Below, in pieces: positions 61,181 through 64,000 of a stretch of DNA of 64,000 bases; position 1 is the first letter of the stretch, and each line of letters begins with the position of its first letter. The notes below the pieces were generated by a model, which was not told where the DNA came from, did no database searches, and worked only from the letters and a program-made list of their open reading frames with translations. The position numbers were made by a program, and so were the translations under genes. Source of the stretch: Candidatus Saccharimonadia bacterium (lineage in GTDB: Bacteria > Patescibacteriota > Saccharimonadia > Saccharimonadales > JALRHH01); NCBI GenBank assembly GCA_023253175.1, contig JALRHH010000002.1, positions 128,199 to 192,198 on the forward strand, written 5' to 3'.

Positions 61181-63010
61181 ATGTGTGGAATTGTTGGATA
61201 TATCGGTAAAACAAAAGCTGTTGATTTCGTTGTTGATGGACTGCAATCACTAGAATACCGCGGATATGATTCTGCAGGCGTCAGTACAATCATTGATGGT
61301 CAGGCCGTTACGACTAAGCAAGTCGGACGCGTTGATGCACTGCGTGTTGAACTAGAATCACTCTCGATTAACAAAACTGCCGTTGCTGTTGGCCACACTC
61401 GCTGGGCGACACACGGCATTCCAAGTGTTAACAACGCTCACCCGCACTTTAATAGTGACAAGACTATCTTTGTAGTGCACAACGGAATTATCGAAAATTA
61501 CCAAGAACTCCGCACTATGCTGCAGTCAAAAGGCTACAGCTTTGTATCGGAAACTGATACAGAGGTTATACCCCACTTGATTGATCTCAATCTGAAAACA
61601 GAAAAGTCTTTCCAGAAGGCATTTGAGAAAACTATCGAGGAATTAGATGGCGCATATGCAATTTCAGCTCTTCACGTCTCAGAACCTGATAGCTTGTATG
61701 TCGCACGTCTTTCCAGCCCTCTCGTAATCGGCGTAGGCGACGGCGAACATTTTCTCGCATCAGATGCTACCGCAATTATGGACCGGACCAAAAAGGTCAT
61801 ATATTTAGACGACTACGAGGTCGCACACATTACGCCAGATGGCCTAAAGATTCATAACATCCGGGATGCTGTGCAGGTACAGAAAGAAGCAGAACTTCTC
61901 GACTACGATGCCGAAAAAGCAGCCCTCGGTGACTACCCTAACTTTATGCTCAAGGAAATCCACGAGGCACCCCAAACTATTCAGTCAGCAATTCGTGGAC
62001 GCATCAAGCCAGAGGCAAACACCGTTAAGCTTGGCGGTCTTGATAACGTCATGGAGCAGCTTCAGTTTATTGACCGTATCGTTATTGTGGCTTGCGGCAC
62101 CTCATACTATGCCGGATTAGTTGGCGAGTACCTGATCGAGGAAATCGCCGGTATTCCAGTCGAGGTTCAACTGGCATCAGAGTTCAAATACCGTAACGAA
62201 CCGTTTTCACGCAGCACCGCTCTGCTCGCCATCTCACAATCAGGTGAAACCGCAGACACTATTGCAGCGCTTAAAAAGGTTGAAAGCTACGGTGTCCTTC
62301 GTCTGGGTATCGTAAACGCTGTCGGTTCAACCATTGCCCGTATGACTGACGCTGGTGTCTACTGTCATGCCGGTCCAGAACAATCCGTTGCCAGCACCAA
62401 GGCATTTATCGCACAGGTTACGGTACTTACCGAAATCGCGCTTAACCTCAGCGAAGGCCGTACCCCGCTATACAAGCCCCTCATGAAGGAACTACAGGCC
62501 CTTCCTGATAAGGTTAAGCAAATATTTGAATCTGATGGTGACATCGAAAAACTGGCGCATAAATATAAAGATTATGTGGACTTCCTTTTCATCGGCCGTA
62601 AATATGGCTACCCGTGCGCATTAGAAGGTGCATTAAAGCTCAAAGAAATCAGCTATATCCACGCAGAAGGCTACTCCGCGGGCGAAATGAAACATGGCCC
62701 ACTCGCTATGATTGACAAACAGTTCCCTACCTTCGCAATCGCGACAGACGGGGAGCTACTTGAAAAAACCGTGTCTAACATCGAAGAAATCCGTGCGCGA
62801 AAAGGCAAAGTCGTGGCTATTGCAACACAGGGCAACAAATCTGTCGCCAAGGTAGCAGGCGACGTTATTTACATTCCAGAAACCCTCGAGCAGACGCAGC
62901 CACTCCTCATCGCAATTGTTATGCAGCTCTTTTCATACCACGTCGCCATGGCAAAAGGTCACAACGTAGACCGCCCACGTAACCTCGCCAAATCAGTCAC
63001 CGTAGAATAA
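61181..63010 (+). CDS. glmS: Glutamine--fructose-6-phosphate aminotransferase (isomerising)
   Basis: MCGIVGYIG Ntn-amidotransferase start, two SIS domains, C-terminal NLAKSVTVE. Confidence 0.97.
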   Translation: MCGIVGYIGKTKAVDFVVDGLQSLEYRGYDSAGVSTIIDGQAVTTKQVGRVDALRVELESLSINKTAVAVGHTRWATHGIPSVNNAHPHFNSDKTIFVVHNGIIENYQELRTMLQSKGYSFVSETDTEVIPHLIDLNLKTEKSFQKAFEKTIEELDGAYAISALHVSEPDSLYVARLSSPLVIGVGDGEHFLASDATAIMDRTKKVIYLDDYEVAHITPDGLKIHNIRDAVQVQKEAELLDYDAEKAALGDYPNFMLKEIHEAPQTIQSAIRGRIKPEANTVKLGGLDNVMEQLQFIDRIVIVACGTSYYAGLVGEYLIEEIAGIPVEVQLASEFKYRNEPFSRSTALLAISQSGETADTIAALKKVESYGVLRLGIVNAVGSTIARMTDAGVYCHAGPEQSVASTKAFIAQVTVLTEIALNLSEGRTPLYKPLMKELQALPDKVKQIFESDGDIEKLAHKYKDYVDFLFIGRKYGYPCALEGALKLKEISYIHAEGYSAGEMKHGPLAMIDKQFPTFAIATDGELLEKTVSNIEEIRARKGKVVAIATQGNKSVAKVAGDVIYIPETLEQTQPLLIAIVMQLFSYHVAMAKGHNVDRPRNLAKSVTVE

Positions 63011-63013
63011 TTC

Positions 63014-64000
63014 TTAAGCAACAAGTAGACTAAGCAATTTGGCGATGAATCCTGATTCATCAAGTGCTTGGGTCACGAGGTCATCGGCACGTTCTTGGCT
63101 GTCCGCATTGGTATAGACCCTAAACTGAGGTGCATTTCCTGATGGACGAAGATGAATCACGTCACCTGACTCAAAGATCAGACGAAGCCCATCCGTAATA
63201 TCTAGCTCAGCCTTACCAAAACTAGTTCCTTCGAAAACTCTATCAGCTAGGTCCTGCATGGCCTCTTTATTACCACTCTGTACCTTGAACTGGTCAATTT
63301 GGTTTTGCGGCACATCATCGATTAAACCACCACCCGTATAACGCCTTGGCAATTCACCAAATACCTCAGAAAGTTTCTTGCCCGATTCGGAAGCAGTAAG
63401 TAGCGCACAGATAATCGGCAAGACCGCGTCCCTCGTTGGGAGCGCCTTAAGTGTTTTGCCGTTTAGCTCGATATCGTCACCCGTCAAAAAACCACCGTTT
63501 ACTTCCCATCCTACCGTTGGTGTACGGGAAGCCTGCTGCATTGCCACAATAACGTACGGTGAACCAATCTTTGTATATTCCAGGCCGATGTCATGAGCTT
63601 CGCAGAATGTGTTAACTGCATCATTAGCGCTGATTGGAACGCCAGCAAACTGCGCGCCCACGTACTTCGCCACCACAAGCCCCAGTACATCACCTCGGTG
63701 GAACGTTCCGGTCTCATCAATAACAAATGGCCTATCACTGTCACCGTCAGTTGAGACAACCGCAAAACTACCAGGATTTTGTGTTACAAAATCCCTGAAA
63801 AGCGCTGCTTCTTTTTCGGTAACGTTCTCTGTATCGATCGGTACAAACTCATCGCTTCTTGCAACAGGTATAACCGTCGCCCCTAATCTCTCGAGTAAGG
63901 TTCTGATAATATCCCTGCCAACTGCACTATGTTGATATAACACCACTTGCTTGCCAGCTAATGCGTCTTCCATGAAGACATCAGTGTATCTCCGTATATA
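63014..64000 (-). CDS. Phosphoglucomutase/phosphomannomutase family protein, C-terminal about 328 codons (5' end beyond right edge)
   Basis: Domains II-IV pattern (VSTDGDSDRPFV, GWEVNGGF, HLRPSGNAPQFRVY). The reading frame stays open from 63973 to the window end. Confidence 0.85.
   Translation of the reverse strand, partial: YIRRYTDVFMEDALAGKQVVLYQHSAVGRDIIRTLLERLGATVIPVARSDEFVPIDTENVTEKEAALFRDFVTQNPGSFAVVSTDGDSDRPFVIDETGTFHRGDVLGLVVAKYVGAQFAGVPISANDAVNTFCEAHDIGLEYTKIGSPYVIVAMQQASRTPTVGWEVNGGFLTGDDIELNGKTLKALPTRDAVLPIICALLTASESGKKLSEVFGELPRRYTGGGLIDDVPQNQIDQFKVQSGNKEAMQDLADRVFEGTSFGKAELDITDGLRLIFESGDVIHLRPSGNAPQFRVYTNADSQERADDLVTQALDESGFIAKLLSLLVA

Overview
This 64-kb chromosomal window is densely coded under the standard genetic code: about 62 protein genes, three intact tRNA genes, and no rRNA. 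I recognised no CRISPR array, transposase, integrase or phage structural gene. The gene content suggests a reduced-genome bacterium of the Candidate Phyla Radiation / Saccharibacteria type (inference only). It comprises housekeeping genes (lepA, ftsH, tilS, aspS, tsaC, dus), cell-envelope genes (murJ, murC-like, uppP, glmS, PAP2, GtrA, sugar transferases, PMM/PGM), several ABC and MFS transporters, a thiol-redox cluster, DNA glycosylases, Nudix/MazG enzymes, and many lineage-specific membrane or secreted hypotheticals. The most unusual object is the tRNA(CAT) locus at 5297-5658. An intact 77-nt tRNA sits inside a second, base-perfect copy of itself, and that second copy is cut into four colinear pieces by three insertions placed at the borders of the anticodon arm. 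The tRNA-fMet gene at 13074 is also followed by broken copies of its own 3' half. Other items worth a second look: an orphan Pup-ligase/deamidase (PafA/Dop) homolog next to a Pif1-type helicase; a LexA DNA-binding domain without a protease domain inside an envelope operon; a cysteine-rich gene pair coupled to a nadD-like gene; a 400-nt gene-poor region with a near-consensus orphan promoter; a recurrent TACCCCTGT motif in promoter spacers; and many promoters placed 6-11 nt from the start codon, suggesting leaderless mRNAs. All coordinates and motifs were read by eye. No database search or folding computation was run.
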